A DNA stretch of 32,000 nucleotides. It comes from Cylindrospermopsis raciborskii Cr2010. Its GTDB lineage: Bacteria; Cyanobacteriota; Cyanobacteriia; Cyanobacteriales; Nostocaceae. A program made the position numbers and the translations under genes. The stretch spans positions 1,950,001 to 1,982,000 of the forward strand of contig NZ_CP065936.1 of assembly GCF_003367075.2 (NCBI RefSeq), read 5' to 3'. Below, in pieces: positions 1 through 11,691 of the stretch. Numbering within the stretch: position 1 is the stretch's first letter; each line of letters begins with the position of its first letter. The notes beneath the pieces are model-generated. The model worked only from the letters and a program-made list of their open reading frames with translations, was not told the DNA's origin and made no database searches.

Positions 1-623
1 GCGATCGCCTGGGCGTGAGGATGTGCAATTTTTAACTCAACTATTTTCTTTTCAGAGAAGGTTTCATGTACAATACAGCTACCCTGCCATAAAAGCATAT
101 CCCTTCCTGTTTGTTGGCTTACGTATTTTCCCAGATTGCGATCAGGAGCAAAAATTATCCCTTGGTCTTTAGGTATTTGCTGAACAATTTTGACCGCGTT
201 GGAACTGGTACAGATAATATCGCTCATAGCTTTTATTTCAGCGGAGCAGTTAATATAGGAGATAACTATATGATCTGGATGAGCGGCTTTAAATGCTGCA
301 AACTTTTCCGGAGGACAACTGTCAGCGAGGGAACAACCAGCGTTTAAGTCTGGTAACAACACTAATTTATCAGGATTAAGGATTTTTGCCGTTTCCGCCA
401 TAAAATGAACACCAGCAAATACAATCACATCCGCGCTGGTTTTTGCTGCTGCTTTTGCTAGTTGCAGAGAATCTCCAATAAAATCTGCTATATCCTGTAT
501 ATCTGGTTCTTGATAATAGTGAGCTAGTATTACTGCATTTAATTCGGTTTTTAAATTATTAATGGCAGTAAATAAGTCCAGGGGTGGTTTGCTCTGGGTT
601 CGAGTTAGTGTGGTTGTAAACAC
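1..623 (-). CDS. nadA: Quinolinate synthase NadA, N-terminal ~207 codons (the gene runs off the window at position 1)
   Basis: Missing from the ORF track because it starts with GTG (623-621) and is open to the window edge. My minus-strand translation is (M)[107 protein letters not shown]...[15 protein letters not shown]...[12 protein letters not shown]. This matches the typical NadA N-terminal half. The + ORF at 111..347 is its antisense shadow. Confidence 0.85.
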   Translation of the reverse strand, partial: MFTTTLTRTQSKPPLDLFTAINNLKTELNAVILAHYYQEPDIQDIADFIGDSLQLAKAAAKTSADVIVFAGVHFMAETAKILNPDKLVLLPDLNAGCSLADSCPPEKFAAFKAAHPDHIVISYINCSAEIKAMSDIICTSSNAVKIVQQIPKDQGIIFAPDRNLGKYVSQQTGRDMLLWQGSCIVHETFSEKKIVELKIAHPHAQAI

Positions 624-736
624 AATTAGGAACTACTTTTGATTACAAATTATTAACTTAGTTAATTATAGTAGTTTTTACCAAAAATGGTGAATGGTCA
701 GGGAAATTTTCAGTTAAAATATGAAGGATTAACCTA

Positions 737-1024
737 CTAAAAACTCTCTTCCATTTTTCGTGCCAGTTCCACATCTAAATTACTAATAACATCACCTAGA
801 TCATGGGTAGCGAGATTAACCACTACTCTGTTATAAACATTAAACCATTCTGGATGATGTCCTAGAGTATCAGCATAAACACCCACCTTGACCATCCAAC
901 CCAAAGCAGTAGCAAAGTCTTTAAACTTATATTCTTTGGATAACTTACCCCCTTGAACTTGCCATCCGGGTAAACTTTTGAGAGCTTGGGCTATTTCGAT
1001 TTCGTTAAGTTTTTGTGCTGTCAT
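737..1024 (-). CDS. Pterin-4-alpha-carbinolamine dehydratase (PCD/DCoH family)
   Basis: 95 aa. The family signature is visible in ADTLGHHPEWFNVYNRVVVNLATHD (HHPEW ... H-D). Size is typical for the family. Confidence 0.85.
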   Translation of the reverse strand: MTAQKLNEIEIAQALKSLPGWQVQGGKLSKEYKFKDFATALGWMVKVGVYADTLGHHPEWFNVYNRVVVNLATHDLGDVISNLDVELARKMEESF

Positions 1025-1101
1025 GGTGTGAATTTACTATAAATTTACTACAAATCAAGGCCTATACCTAAAACTATAGCGGTTAGTTCCCATTTTTTCC
1101 T

Positions 1102-2139
1102 CTAATCTGTTTCCTGAATTTGTAGTCTAATGGTATGCTCAGTAGCGCCATTAAGTTTGATTTCCATCATTTCACCACCTAGGGGTTCAATACAACCAAG
1201 TAGAGAACGTAAATTAGGTGTACTTGCCCCCGTATCAACATATAATCTATCAGCCAAATTACTAATCCGTTTCCAGACCAAATACAACTTAGCTATATTT
1301 TGCTCCATCTGAGACGCTTGATTCACCAGGTCAGCAGCAACACTTAAACACCCAACTCTTTGCGCTTCTTCCAAAGCAATTTCGATATCCACATTCTCCT
1401 CTGCTAACGCTTGAACTTGAGCTGCTGATTTGAGATATCTAGCTAACTGTCTAGCCTCTGTTGTTGCCTGCTTTAAAGTGTCCACATCAGGACTCACCTC
1501 TATTTCTCTTTGTAAGACCTTCTGATGTGATTCTGGTAGTTTCTCCATTTCCTTAACTAGGGGAGCTATATACCTAGCAGGAAGGCTATTATCCGCAGCT
1601 TTCTCCCTCACTGGTGTAGGTAATAATTCCGAGGACATGGCAGTCCATTCATCAGTCAATTGACGAACTTCTCGACGAGTAATGCGATCGCCCTTTTGAG
1701 CTGCTTCACTGACCATTTGCTGTACTTCTGGGGTTGCTTTAGCAGTTTCCACAAAAGCCCGTTTACTAAAATTATTGACTTTACCCGGGTCGAGCTTGCC
1801 ATCTTGTATTAAAGTATCAGCACTATTAGCCAGTTGAATCCAGTGATATGCTTGACTTTTGCTAATTTCCCTTTCTTTTAACCATTGGAGAAACCCAGTT
1901 CCCCTGCTGTCTCCACCTTTTTTTTCCCGGTCACGGATGGCACGTAAAATCCGACCCCGCCAGATTTCTGTCTGGAGGTCAAAACGGTCACATACCTGCC
2001 AAACTACCTCTAACCTCTCTAAAAAGTCAGTTTCGTCAATTTCTTCATCTTCTGGATCTGGTATTTCAAAGTCTAAATCTACAGGTTGTTGCAGTACAGC
2101 TGCAAGGTTATTCATAGGGTCAGTATCTTGCACGATCAA
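1102..2139 (-). CDS. Hypothetical protein with an acidic N-terminus, largely helical; no family recognised
   Basis: Long uninterrupted 345-aa ORF with cyanobacterial codon usage and an internal HIP1 site (1684-1691). I can name no catalytic motif. Confidence 0.6.
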   Translation of the reverse strand: MIVQDTDPMNNLAAVLQQPVDLDFEIPDPEDEEIDETDFLERLEVVWQVCDRFDLQTEIWRGRILRAIRDREKKGGDSRGTGFLQWLKEREISKSQAYHWIQLANSADTLIQDGKLDPGKVNNFSKRAFVETAKATPEVQQMVSEAAQKGDRITRREVRQLTDEWTAMSSELLPTPVREKAADNSLPARYIAPLVKEMEKLPESHQKVLQREIEVSPDVDTLKQATTEARQLARYLKSAAQVQALAEENVDIEIALEEAQRVGCLSVAADLVNQASQMEQNIAKLYLVWKRISNLADRLYVDTGASTPNLRSLLGCIEPLGGEMMEIKLNGATEHTIRLQIQETD

Positions 2140-2245
2140 TAAATATGGATAAAAATTTACGTATATCTGGAGATTATAGCTGACTATGTTGTCAAAATTC
2201 TCGAGACTGGGAAAATAAAAAGTATCAAAATTCGACTAAACAAAA

Positions 2246-3232
2246 ATGAACCAGATTAACTATTTACGTATTAGTTTAATAGACCGCTGTAATTTTCGTT
2301 GTGTCTACTGTATGCCAGATGATACGGAACTAAACTACATTCTCAAAAAACAACTGTTAACCAATGATGAACTATTAACCCTAATTAAAGATGTATTTAT
2401 TCCTGTGGGATTCAACCGGTTTCGTTTAACCGGCGGTGAACCCTTACTCCGTCCCGGGGTAGTGGACTTGGTAAATAAAATTGCCCATTTCCCCCAAACC
2501 CAAGATTTATCCATGACCACCAATGGTTTTTTATTAGCGCCCCTAGCACAGGATCTCTATAATGCAGGACTAACCAGAATTAACATTAGTCTAGACTCCC
2601 TTAACCCCCATACCTTTAATTTAATTATTGGCCATCATAGTTCTCACGGTTGGGAACAAGTTTGGTGTGGGATTCAATCCGCTGACAAGGTCGGATTTAA
2701 CCCCTTAAAGTTAAATGTAGTGGTCATTCCAGGTGTCAACGACCATGAAATTCTCAACCTAGCTGCTCTAACCCTAGACAAAAACTGGCATGTTAGATTC
2801 ATTGAGTTTATGCCCATTGGTAACAACACTCTATTTAGCGATCGCGGTTGGGTATCCTCCGCACAATTACGAGATCAGATTCGTCAGCGTTGGGGTTTGA
2901 CAGAATCACAGGTTTGTGGTAATGGACCTGCAGATGTATTTCAAATTCCCGGAGCCAAGGGAACCCTAGGTTTTATCAGTCAGATGTCTGAATGTTTTTG
3001 CGATCGCTGTAACCGGGTGCGTCTTTCCGCTGATGGTTGGTTGCGTCCTTGTTTATTGAATGAATCTGGACAAATAGACCTAAAAACAGCCCTGCGATCA
3101 AGTCAGACCATGGAGCAATTACAGCAACAAGTAAGGGAGTTATTAAACCTGAAATCAGAAATTAACTTTAAAGAGAGGAACCCAGGTACACTTGGCACTT
3201 ACAGTCGTACCATGTCCCAAATCGGTGGATAA
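2246..3232 (+). CDS. moaA: GTP 3',8-cyclase MoaA (radical SAM, molybdenum cofactor biosynthesis)
   Basis: N-terminal radical-SAM cluster motif CNFRCVYC in [18 protein letters not shown]. Second cluster Cys in [16 protein letters not shown]-terminal double glycine (SQIGG). 328 aa. Confidence 0.9.
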   Translation: MNQINYLRISLIDRCNFRCVYCMPDDTELNYILKKQLLTNDELLTLIKDVFIPVGFNRFRLTGGEPLLRPGVVDLVNKIAHFPQTQDLSMTTNGFLLAPLAQDLYNAGLTRINISLDSLNPHTFNLIIGHHSSHGWEQVWCGIQSADKVGFNPLKLNVVVIPGVNDHEILNLAALTLDKNWHVRFIEFMPIGNNTLFSDRGWVSSAQLRDQIRQRWGLTESQVCGNGPADVFQIPGAKGTLGFISQMSECFCDRCNRVRLSADGWLRPCLLNESGQIDLKTALRSSQTMEQLQQQVRELLNLKSEINFKERNPGTLGTYSRTMSQIGG

Positions 3233-3240
3233 AGCAAGCA

Positions 3241-3269
3241 CCAAAACTACTTATCTGAAGTAGTTTTGG
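3241..3269. terminator. Perfect 12-bp hairpin between convergent moaA and rpsD, a likely shared or bidirectional terminator
   Basis: ccaaaactactt (3241-3252) pairs perfectly with aagtagttttgg (3258-3269) around a 5-nt loop. On the minus-strand transcript it is followed by the moderately U-rich ugcuugcuuua. There is no U-run on the plus side. Confidence 0.5.
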
Positions 3270-3287
3270 ATAGCCTCAAAAGCCAAA

Positions 3288-3896
3288 TTATGCCTGACGT
3301 GAATAGTATTCCACAACCAGCAGTTCATTCACCTGCAGTGCCACCCATTCCCGCTCAATCACACCATTGACCTTGCCAGCCAACTTGTTCTTATCGAATT
3401 CCAGATGATTAGGAAGATTAGCCAATCCAGGATACTGCAAATTATTTTCTACTAATTTTCTGGATGCTTCCTTATCTTTAACCCCAATTTCCTCTCCTGG
3501 ACGACATTGATAACTGGCAATGTTGACCACCCTTCCATTTATCGTCACATGACCGTGACTGACTAATTGTCTTGCTGCTGAGATAGTGGGGGCCATTCCC
3601 AATCGAAAAACTGTGTTATCCAAGCGCATCTCCAATAACTGAAGTAACACTTGTCCAGTAGATCCAGTGACTCGTCTGGCTTTGCGAACATAGCGTAACA
3701 TTTGCTTTTCCGTCAAACCGTAATTCAATCGGAGTTTTTGCTTTTCTTCCAGACGGATAGCATACTCAGATCTTTTCTTACGGTTTTGACCGTGTTGCCC
3801 GGGTGCGTAAGCACGTCTGGCACTTTTGCGAGTTAATCCTGGTAATTCCCCCAGACGGCGCACAATTCTGAGGCGCGGACCTCTATATCGAGACAT
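3288..3896 (-). CDS. rpsD: 30S ribosomal protein S4
   Basis: [21 protein letters not shown]... N-terminus and an S4 RNA-binding domain ([39 protein letters not shown]). 202 aa. Confidence 0.95.
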   Translation of the reverse strand: MSRYRGPRLRIVRRLGELPGLTRKSARRAYAPGQHGQNRKKRSEYAIRLEEKQKLRLNYGLTEKQMLRYVRKARRVTGSTGQVLLQLLEMRLDNTVFRLGMAPTISAARQLVSHGHVTINGRVVNIASYQCRPGEEIGVKDKEASRKLVENNLQYPGLANLPNHLEFDKNKLAGKVNGVIEREWVALQVNELLVVEYYSRQA

Positions 3897-4037
3897 GAGT
3901 TTCCTTATCTAATCCTGTTTAAACTTTACCTAAACAATCCATTATCACATAAATTCTAGCAATTAGCCAAGAACTAGAGAAAATTGAGTCACATGATGAC
4001 TTATTTTTCTGAATATTATAGCCTACAAAACCAAATA

Positions 4038-4060
4038 TCTCCGACCTTCTGGGTCGGAGA
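4038..4060 (-). terminator. Rho-independent terminator candidate for the 4087..4998 gene
   Basis: 9-bp GC-rich stem: tctccgacc (4038-4046) pairs with ggtcggaga (4052-4060) around a 5-nt loop. On the minus-strand transcript it is followed by uauuugguuuug, 27 nt after the stop codon. Confidence 0.5.
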
Positions 4061-4086
4061 CTTTCACAACCATAGCTATTGAGAAT

Positions 4087-5040
<954 letters not shown>

Positions 5041-5241
5041 TTAGCTATTGTACAACAAAATTAAATTTTTGTCTTCAACCAGATGAAAGATCTGCCAAAC
5101 TTCCATGATCTTAACAAAATTTTGGACAAAATTTTATAAACAACTTTGTTGTTTCTAGTTTTTGGGTTCTACTTTTGGGAATAGGGGCCTTAAAATAACT
5201 TTGAAACCTCGTTCAGCCAATAGTTTCACGTGTTTACAAGA

Positions 5242-7242
5242 TTAAATCTTAGGGCTCGGTCGATTGTGCATTTTCTCCCAGCTAATAACCGCTGCTCCAC
5301 CCGTGACCAATATAACTCCTATCATCTGGGGTAAATCCAAATTTTCTCGAATCATTAGTCCGGCCAAGACCACAGTAAAAATGGGAATAAAAGCTCTAAA
5401 TAGAGTATAAAAATGTGATCCCAGCTTGTTAGTGCCTAAACTTTTTAACAACCAGGCACCAAGGGTGAGAACAGCCAACATAAAAGCGCTGAGGACTAAT
5501 TCCAAGAAGCCAGATGATTTCAGTACGATATTCCAGTCAGCTGGTAATGGTACTAATAGGCAAAGAAAGCTTAGTAGTAACATAGTAGCAAAGTTAAGAA
5601 AAGCAAAAGAGACAGGATGTATTGCAGATGCAGACAACCTAGAAATAATTACGTAGCTGCCAAAGGCTATTCCGGAAAGAATTGCAAAAATACTTGCCAG
5701 GGTATTGGTAGTGGTGGGACTGCTAAGGATGAATAATTGACCGCCTAGGATACCAAAAATAGCACCAATCTTGACCGGACTAGGACGTTCACTCAAGAGG
5801 AACCAAGCCAATATTCCGGTCACTAGGGGATAGACAAAAAATAAACTCATGGCTACCCCTACGGTTAGCTGACTAATAGCAACGTAAATAAACAACTCAG
5901 ACAAGAATAGACATCCACCACTTAAAAATGATAAGATTAGTAATTGTTTTCCTGTACTATGTTTGCTATTGTTTCTGTTAGGTTTCCCAAACAGATTTTT
6001 AATTTCTTGCCAAATTGGTGGATGGAAAGTAGGAGCCAAAAGCAACATTAAGGGTAGAACTACCAGAAATCTCAGCATTAATAAAAGGAAAATATTACCC
6101 AAAGTTGGTAATAGTAGACCCCCTCTCTGGAACTCTCCTAAAAGTTGAGAACCATCCCAGAAAAATGCCCGGATGATTACATTATAAAGAGAAGAGACAA
6201 TTGTGTATAAACCTAACCACAGAAACCCTATTTGTAATGATGAGATATGTCTATTATTTTTGGGCAATTTTCGCTCAAAAGTAGGTTCTTGATATGGTGT
6301 ATTTATGGGAGTATGTGGCGTACTTATAATTGTATCTACAGAGAAATGGGTAGTTGTTTTGTTTGCTAAAGCATCAGGAATTAAATCGGTTACTTCCTCG
6401 ACTGTAACTTCTTCAACTTGTTTGGGGGGTGATTCTATATTGCTGTCAAGTATTAACTCTGGGATTGAAGAGTAGGAGCTTTGGGGATCTGACACATCTT
6501 TCGATAATTCTTGAGGTGGTCCCAGCTGTAGTACGGTTGGCGATCCTCCCGTCACAAAGACCTGAGAATTTATTTGTTTAGCTTTGTCTAACTCAGTTTG
6601 TAACCGACTAACATAAGCTGTTAAAATTTGTTCTCCTTGTCGTTGTTGATCATAGATTTTTAAAAACTGTTGGGAAAGATGACCTTGATAATTCTTTAAT
6701 TCCTCCTGTAGGGAACTAAAAGCGACTGTCAAATTATTATCTAAATTGTTAACTATCTCCGTAATATTCTCACTTATCTGACCAGCTATTTTGGCATTAA
6801 CTTCTGCCCATTTCATGGCTACTTGGTCAGAAGATTCTGTCTCTACTAACTGTGCTTGACTAACCAAAATCTTTAGGGAAGACTGCAATTGAGAAGATAT
6901 GTGCTTGGACAAAACTTCCGCTAGTTGGCGAATTAAAACTTGTTGTTCGGTAATTTGTCGTGTTTGTTGTAATTTTTCCTTTTCTTCCGTTAATCTTTCA
7001 ATATCCTTAGCTAAACGACTTTTCTCACCTTCTAACCGCTTCACATCATCCTGTAAAGCTCGTAGAACATTCTGTTGGAGATTTTCTAAATCCTCCACCA
7101 TGTCCCAAAGGGCGTTTTCTGCTGACCTAGATAGGTCATTTCTACTGCGTTGGTTTTCTGGTCGCTTTTCAAGTCGCCCCATTAGTTTCTCACCTCTAAC
7201 ACCTTGAAGAGTTATTAGTTTTTTGTCATTATCACTTATCAC
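5242..7242 (-). CDS. Fusion protein: ~340-aa N-terminal coiled-coil/low-complexity region plus a C-terminal EamA/DMT-type 10-TM permease domain
   Basis: Residues ~40-230 are heptad-like and charged (KRLEGEKSRLAKDIERLTEEKEKLQQTRQ...). From ~aa 345 there are about ten hydrophobic helices in two EamA-like halves. The track start at 7242 is a GTG. An ATG at 7182 (MGRLEK...) is preceded by GAGGTGAG and may be the true start. Confidence 0.75.
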   Translation of the reverse strand: MISDNDKKLITLQGVRGEKLMGRLEKRPENQRSRNDLSRSAENALWDMVEDLENLQQNVLRALQDDVKRLEGEKSRLAKDIERLTEEKEKLQQTRQITEQQVLIRQLAEVLSKHISSQLQSSLKILVSQAQLVETESSDQVAMKWAEVNAKIAGQISENITEIVNNLDNNLTVAFSSLQEELKNYQGHLSQQFLKIYDQQRQGEQILTAYVSRLQTELDKAKQINSQVFVTGGSPTVLQLGPPQELSKDVSDPQSSYSSIPELILDSNIESPPKQVEEVTVEEVTDLIPDALANKTTTHFSVDTIISTPHTPINTPYQEPTFERKLPKNNRHISSLQIGFLWLGLYTIVSSLYNVIIRAFFWDGSQLLGEFQRGGLLLPTLGNIFLLLMLRFLVVLPLMLLLAPTFHPPIWQEIKNLFGKPNRNNSKHSTGKQLLILSFLSGGCLFLSELFIYVAISQLTVGVAMSLFFVYPLVTGILAWFLLSERPSPVKIGAIFGILGGQLFILSSPTTTNTLASIFAILSGIAFGSYVIISRLSASAIHPVSFAFLNFATMLLLSFLCLLVPLPADWNIVLKSSGFLELVLSAFMLAVLTLGAWLLKSLGTNKLGSHFYTLFRAFIPIFTVVLAGLMIRENLDLPQMIGVILVTGGAAVISWEKMHNRPSPKI

Positions 7243-7267
7243 CTATTATTTGTCAGTTATGGAACAT

Positions 7268-7384
7268 TAAGTAGGTGGGTGGAATTAAACATGAACGTAG
7301 GTTGGGTTGAGGAACGAAACCCAACACCCCCATGGGTTACCCTACCACTAACCCATCCCACAAATAATTGTGCCTCCCTACTTA
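7268..7384. repeat. MITE-like dispersed repeat (117 bp) with imperfect terminal inverted repeats and a central hairpin
   Basis: The left end TAAGTAGGTGGGTGGAATTA and the reverse complement of the right end TAAGTAGGGAGGCACAATTA share the first 8 nt and then AATTA. The internal hairpin pairs gttgggtt (7301-7308) with aacccaac (7318-7325). The right-hand ~54 bp recur in inverted orientation at 21033-21086. Confidence 0.6.
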
Positions 7385-7443
7385 CTCTTGAGTAGTGGGG
7401 GTTCTATATACTCAAAATATATTCCAAGATTTCTCGTGAGATT

Positions 7444-8700
7444 TCAGACAATCCGGATAATAATGAAGATTAGAGCACTGATAAAGGCACTAATGGGAAC
7501 TGTAATTAGCCAAGCTGCGGTGATTCCTCGAATGGTGGAAAAGTTAATTAAACGAGGGCTTTGGACTAATCCAACTCCTATTATACTACCTATGATCCCA
7601 TGGGATGTGGATACGGGTAAACCTAGGCGAGATGCTAACAAAACAGTGGTAGCAGTGGCTAATTCAGCGCAAAATCCTGCACTTGGTTGCAGAGGGATAA
7701 TATGTTGACCAATGGTGGTGATCACTTTTCTACCCCAAATCCCTAATCCGCTGACTATTCCTACACCTCCTAAAATTATTACCCACCCAGGAACGGTGAT
7801 TCCATGAATGGGAACTTTCTGGGTTTGGTCAATGTAGGAAATTACTGCCAAAGGAGCAATTGCATTGCCAATGTCGTTAGCACCATGGGCAAAAGCAACA
7901 AAGCAAGCACTTAAAAGTTGAAAATTGGCAAATAATCCTTCTATCAAGTTGTGGATGGGGGATGCTGAAATTTGCCCGGTGGTGTTTTCCACCTGTTTCC
8001 AACTATATATTGTCAGAACAATAATGCCAAGTACAATAGTAAAAATGGCAATACTGTGTGGAGGGATCTGTAAGCCCACTTGTTGATCGAAAAACCTGGT
8101 TATTGGTTCCGCTAAGGGAACCAACACTATGGCTCCAAATACACTCAGAACAATCACACTTAGCCAGGGAATCCATTCCTGTAATCTTTGCTGGGAGTTG
8201 GTTGGGGATAATATGTAATTCTGGATGATACTGTAAAAAATACCAGCTATACTGGCACTCACTATAGGTGTCAATACCCAAATCAGGGTTATGGTTCTTA
8301 TGGCTTGCCAGTCTATATTGTCTACACCCGTTGCTACCCAGGTAAAGCCGGCAATAGCACCAACTACCGCATGGGATGATGATACAGGTAAAGATAGGGC
8401 TGTGGCTAGTTGGAGCCATAATCCTGATGATATAAGCACTGCCATCATCCCTAACAACAGGGTTCTGGGTGTGGTGATAAACAATTCCGGATGGGCAATT
8501 TTCGTCCCCAGGGTTTCTGTCACACCTCTCCCAAATAATACAGCACCCGCAAATTCTAAAACCCCCGCTATGATCATGGCCTGTTTGAGTGTAACTGCTT
8601 TTGACCCTACGGATGTTCCCATGGCATTAGCTATATCATTAGCACCCAGGTTAAATGCAAGATAGAATGATAACAAGCTGGCAATAATCAATTGGTTCAT
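7444..8700 (-). CDS. Inorganic phosphate transporter, PiT (PHO4) family
   Basis: Two PHO4 repeat signatures, GANDIANAMGTSVGS near the N-terminus and HGANDIGNAIAPL in the second half. Polytopic membrane protein of 418 aa. It starts 1 nt after the upstream dehydrogenase stop, indicating an operon. Confidence 0.9.
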   Translation of the reverse strand: MNQLIIASLLSFYLAFNLGANDIANAMGTSVGSKAVTLKQAMIIAGVLEFAGAVLFGRGVTETLGTKIAHPELFITTPRTLLLGMMAVLISSGLWLQLATALSLPVSSSHAVVGAIAGFTWVATGVDNIDWQAIRTITLIWVLTPIVSASIAGIFYSIIQNYILSPTNSQQRLQEWIPWLSVIVLSVFGAIVLVPLAEPITRFFDQQVGLQIPPHSIAIFTIVLGIIVLTIYSWKQVENTTGQISASPIHNLIEGLFANFQLLSACFVAFAHGANDIGNAIAPLAVISYIDQTQKVPIHGITVPGWVIILGGVGIVSGLGIWGRKVITTIGQHIIPLQPSAGFCAELATATTVLLASRLGLPVSTSHGIIGSIIGVGLVQSPRLINFSTIRGITAAWLITVPISAFISALIFIIIRIV

Positions 8701-8701
8701 T

Positions 8702-9748
8702 TCATGGGTAAATTAAGATCTTATAGGTTTCTGCTGTGGGTGCGATCGCCTGCTCTACTGCTTGATGTAAGTTTTCTAAAGGATAGCGATCGCTAATTAA
8801 TGCCTGAACATTAATGCGGCGACGAAAAACTATATCTGCTGCGAGGCTTTGTAACCTATAGGATGAACTATAACTTCCTATTAAGTCTATTTCTCGACGA
8901 TAGAGAATATTGGGGTTAATGGGTATTTCCACCTCGTCAGGGAATTCGGCAAAAAAGAGTATTTTCCCACCCTTGCGGGTACTGTTCAAGGCTTGAAAAA
9001 AAGCCTTGTCACTGGGAACTGCCAACAATGCCACATCGGCACCTATTCCTCCCGTCAAGTCTTGGACTTTTTTAGCCAAGTCTGGATCACGAGCATCAAA
9101 TGCTGCTTCTGCTCCTATCTCCATAGCTTTTTCAATTCTGGATGGTAAGAGATCCGTGGCGATCGCCCTAGCACCAAAATATTGCACCAACATAATAAAC
9201 ATTAACCCAATGGGACCTGCTCCAGTAATTAACACTGTTTGTCCTGGTGCTATTTGAGCTTTTTTTACAGCTTTTAGACAGCAATTAGTAGGTTCTACAA
9301 AACTGGCTTCTTCAAAACTAATATGGTCGGGAATGGGGATTAAACCCCCGTTTTCCACAATATGACCTGGCACCTTCACATATTCGGCAAAACCCCCTCC
9401 ACTGGGGTTAAAACCTGCTGTGGTAGAAATATTTTTATAGACATCGCATACAGAAAAATTTTCATTCAGGCAATAGGCGCAGCGCATACAGGGTATATGA
9501 TGCATCACTGCTACCCGGTCTCCCACTTGCCAACCGTTGACCTGAGAACCCACTGCAGCAATAGTGCCAGCGGTTTCGTGTCCAAAAATCCGTGGGGGTT
9601 CATACAGAGGATAACGGATCTTTTTAATATCCGATTGACATAAACCCACCACTCTTACTTGCACTAATACTTCCTCTGGTGCTAAATGAGGAACTGGAAC
9701 TTCCTCATAGGATAACTGATTTACGCCTCTAAATACTTGTGCTTTCAT
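8702..9748 (-). CDS. Zinc-dependent alcohol/polyol dehydrogenase (MDR superfamily)
   Basis: Catalytic-zinc motif GHETAGTIAAVG. Structural-zinc Cys cluster CMRCAYCLNENFSVC. Rossmann motif ITGAGPIGL. 348 aa. Substrate cannot be assigned. Confidence 0.85.
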   Translation of the reverse strand: MKAQVFRGVNQLSYEEVPVPHLAPEEVLVQVRVVGLCQSDIKKIRYPLYEPPRIFGHETAGTIAAVGSQVNGWQVGDRVAVMHHIPCMRCAYCLNENFSVCDVYKNISTTAGFNPSGGGFAEYVKVPGHIVENGGLIPIPDHISFEEASFVEPTNCCLKAVKKAQIAPGQTVLITGAGPIGLMFIMLVQYFGARAIATDLLPSRIEKAMEIGAEAAFDARDPDLAKKVQDLTGGIGADVALLAVPSDKAFFQALNSTRKGGKILFFAEFPDEVEIPINPNILYRREIDLIGSYSSSYRLQSLAADIVFRRRINVQALISDRYPLENLHQAVEQAIAPTAETYKILIYP

Positions 9749-9822
9749 TGCTATTTTTAGTTAGTTTAGTTAGGTTTCAGTCGGGAATTAGTGAGCAATC
9801 ACCACTCCCCAACCATTCTCGT

Positions 9823-11415
9823 TTAAGCCGTAACCTCTTGAGTTGTTTTTTGATTTATAGCTGCATATAGCCTATTTAAAGCATTCACATAAGCCTGAGC
9901 AGAAGCTACAATTATATCTGTATTAGCTGCATGACCGGAAAACACGCGGGACTCGTAACGCAGACGAATGGTTACCTCTCCCAAAGCATCAATTCCAGCT
10001 GTCACGGATTGTACAGAAAATTCTATCAGATCATTAGGCACATTCACCACTCGATTGATAGCCCTATAAACCGCGTCTACTGGCCCTGTACCTATGGCCG
10101 CATCAGTCAGTTCTTGACCATCTGGAGTGCGAAGAGTTACGGTAGCAGTGGGTCTAGCATTGCTACCACAGGAAACCTGCACCAACTCAATTTTAAACAA
10201 ATCGGGAACTTGTTTAATTTCATCATTAACAATAGCTTCCAAATCCCAATCTGAGATTTCCTTCTTTTTGTCTGCTACATCCTTAAAACGAATAAATGCC
10301 CTATTGAGATCATTTTCCGACAATTCAAAGCCCAACTCTTTTAATCGGGATCTAAAAGCATTCCTGCCCGAATGTTTACCCAATACTATTTGGTTGTCAG
10401 TTAATCCAATCGATTGGGCATCCATAATCTCATAAGTGAGTTTATTCTTGAGTACCCCATCTTGGTGAATACCAGATTCATGAGCAAAAGCATTAGCACC
10501 CACTATGGCTTTGTTGGGTTGTACCAACATTCCCGTTAAATTGGAAACCAATCGAGAAGTCTTATAAATTTGTCTGGTGTCAATATTGGTTAAAGGTGCT
10601 TCCGAATCAGCTGGTCTACCAAAGAACGGATTAAAGTATTGTCGTCTGACATGAAGACCCATGACCAATTCTTCTAGAGCAGCATTACCAGCTCTTTCGC
10701 CAATACCATTAATAGTACATTCCAGCTGTCTAGCACCATTCTTTACTGCTTCTAAGAAGTTAGCAACCGCCAGACCCAGGTCATTATGTCCGTGTACAGA
10801 AATGATAGCTTGGTTTATATTGGGAACATTTTCCTTAATCCCCCTAATCAAATTGCCAAACTCTCCGGGGGTGGTATAACCCACCGTATCAGGAATATTA
10901 ACCGTGGTTGCACCAGCAGCTATCACCTCAGTTAAAACCTCATACAAAAATTCTGGATCCGATCTACCAGCATCCTCGGGGGAGAACTCCACATCATTAG
11001 TGAAGCTCTTGGCGTATGCTACCATGTCTCGAGCTATAGATACAACTTCTGGGCGAGTCTTCTTCAGCTTGTACTGTAGGTGGATATCAGAAGTAGCGAG
11101 AAAAGTATGGATTCGACCCTTAGCTGCTGGTTTAATAGCCGCAGCTGCTGTTTTAATATCATCCTGTTTAGCTCTAGCCAAACTACAAATAATCGGACCC
11201 TCTGGCAAACCTACAGTCTCAGCAATTTTGCTCACTGCGGCAAAATCACCCGGACTGGCAAAAGCAAAACCAGCTTCAATCACATCTACCCCTAAACGTG
11301 ACAACTGTTTGGCTATAACCAGCTTTTCTTCAATGTTTAAGGTAGCTCCTGGACACTGCTCTCCATCTCGCAGTGTGGTATCAAAGATGATAATTCTATC
11401 TGCTTGATTGTTCAT
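9823..11415 (-). CDS. leuA: 2-isopropylmalate synthase
   Basis: [13 protein letters not shown]-terminal motif, [17 protein letters not shown] metal-binding motif, and a C-terminal LeuA dimerisation/regulatory domain. 530 aa. Confidence 0.95.
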   Translation of the reverse strand: MNNQADRIIIFDTTLRDGEQCPGATLNIEEKLVIAKQLSRLGVDVIEAGFAFASPGDFAAVSKIAETVGLPEGPIICSLARAKQDDIKTAAAAIKPAAKGRIHTFLATSDIHLQYKLKKTRPEVVSIARDMVAYAKSFTNDVEFSPEDAGRSDPEFLYEVLTEVIAAGATTVNIPDTVGYTTPGEFGNLIRGIKENVPNINQAIISVHGHNDLGLAVANFLEAVKNGARQLECTINGIGERAGNAALEELVMGLHVRRQYFNPFFGRPADSEAPLTNIDTRQIYKTSRLVSNLTGMLVQPNKAIVGANAFAHESGIHQDGVLKNKLTYEIMDAQSIGLTDNQIVLGKHSGRNAFRSRLKELGFELSENDLNRAFIRFKDVADKKKEISDWDLEAIVNDEIKQVPDLFKIELVQVSCGSNARPTATVTLRTPDGQELTDAAIGTGPVDAVYRAINRVVNVPNDLIEFSVQSVTAGIDALGEVTIRLRYESRVFSGHAANTDIIVASAQAYVNALNRLYAAINQKTTQEVTA

Positions 11416-11691
11416 TGGTTTTGAGTTGGTTTTAAGTTAACTAATTGGTAAGGGTTAAAATACCTTGAACTTTATTAAAAGGAATGTAAGAGTCAGTTTA
11501 AAGAATGTAGAATTAATAGTTTAAAACTAGCTGATGTATAATTAAATTTCAAATAACCAGCAAATTTATCAATTGGCGGTTAGGGACTTGGCCTGGTTGG
11601 ACCGATCCATTGACTCCCACTCATAGTTACTGACTCCTTATTCATATCTAACTGTTGCTTTTTGACACTGCCTAGATTAGGTGTAATTCTA

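Noticed and set aside
111-347. A 78-aa + strand ORF at the start of the window.
   Set aside because: It lies antisense within the clearly recognisable nadA coding sequence, has no motif, and is a shadow ORF.
2140-2245. A possible Moco riboswitch upstream of moaA.
   Set aside because: The 106-nt leader is very AT-rich. I could find neither the conserved GC-rich helices nor a convincing enclosing stem, so nothing supports an RNA element.
7370-8665. ORFs 7370..7708 (+), 8003..8419 (-) and 8291..8665 (+) overlapping the PiT gene.
   Set aside because: They are alternative-frame or antisense shadows of a well-supported transporter gene. Their sequences are low-complexity and the first runs through the MITE.
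9931-11407. Several + strand ORFs (up to 167 aa) inside leuA.
   Set aside because: They are antisense to a high-confidence leuA. Their Ser/Ala/Leu-rich composition is typical of shadow frames.
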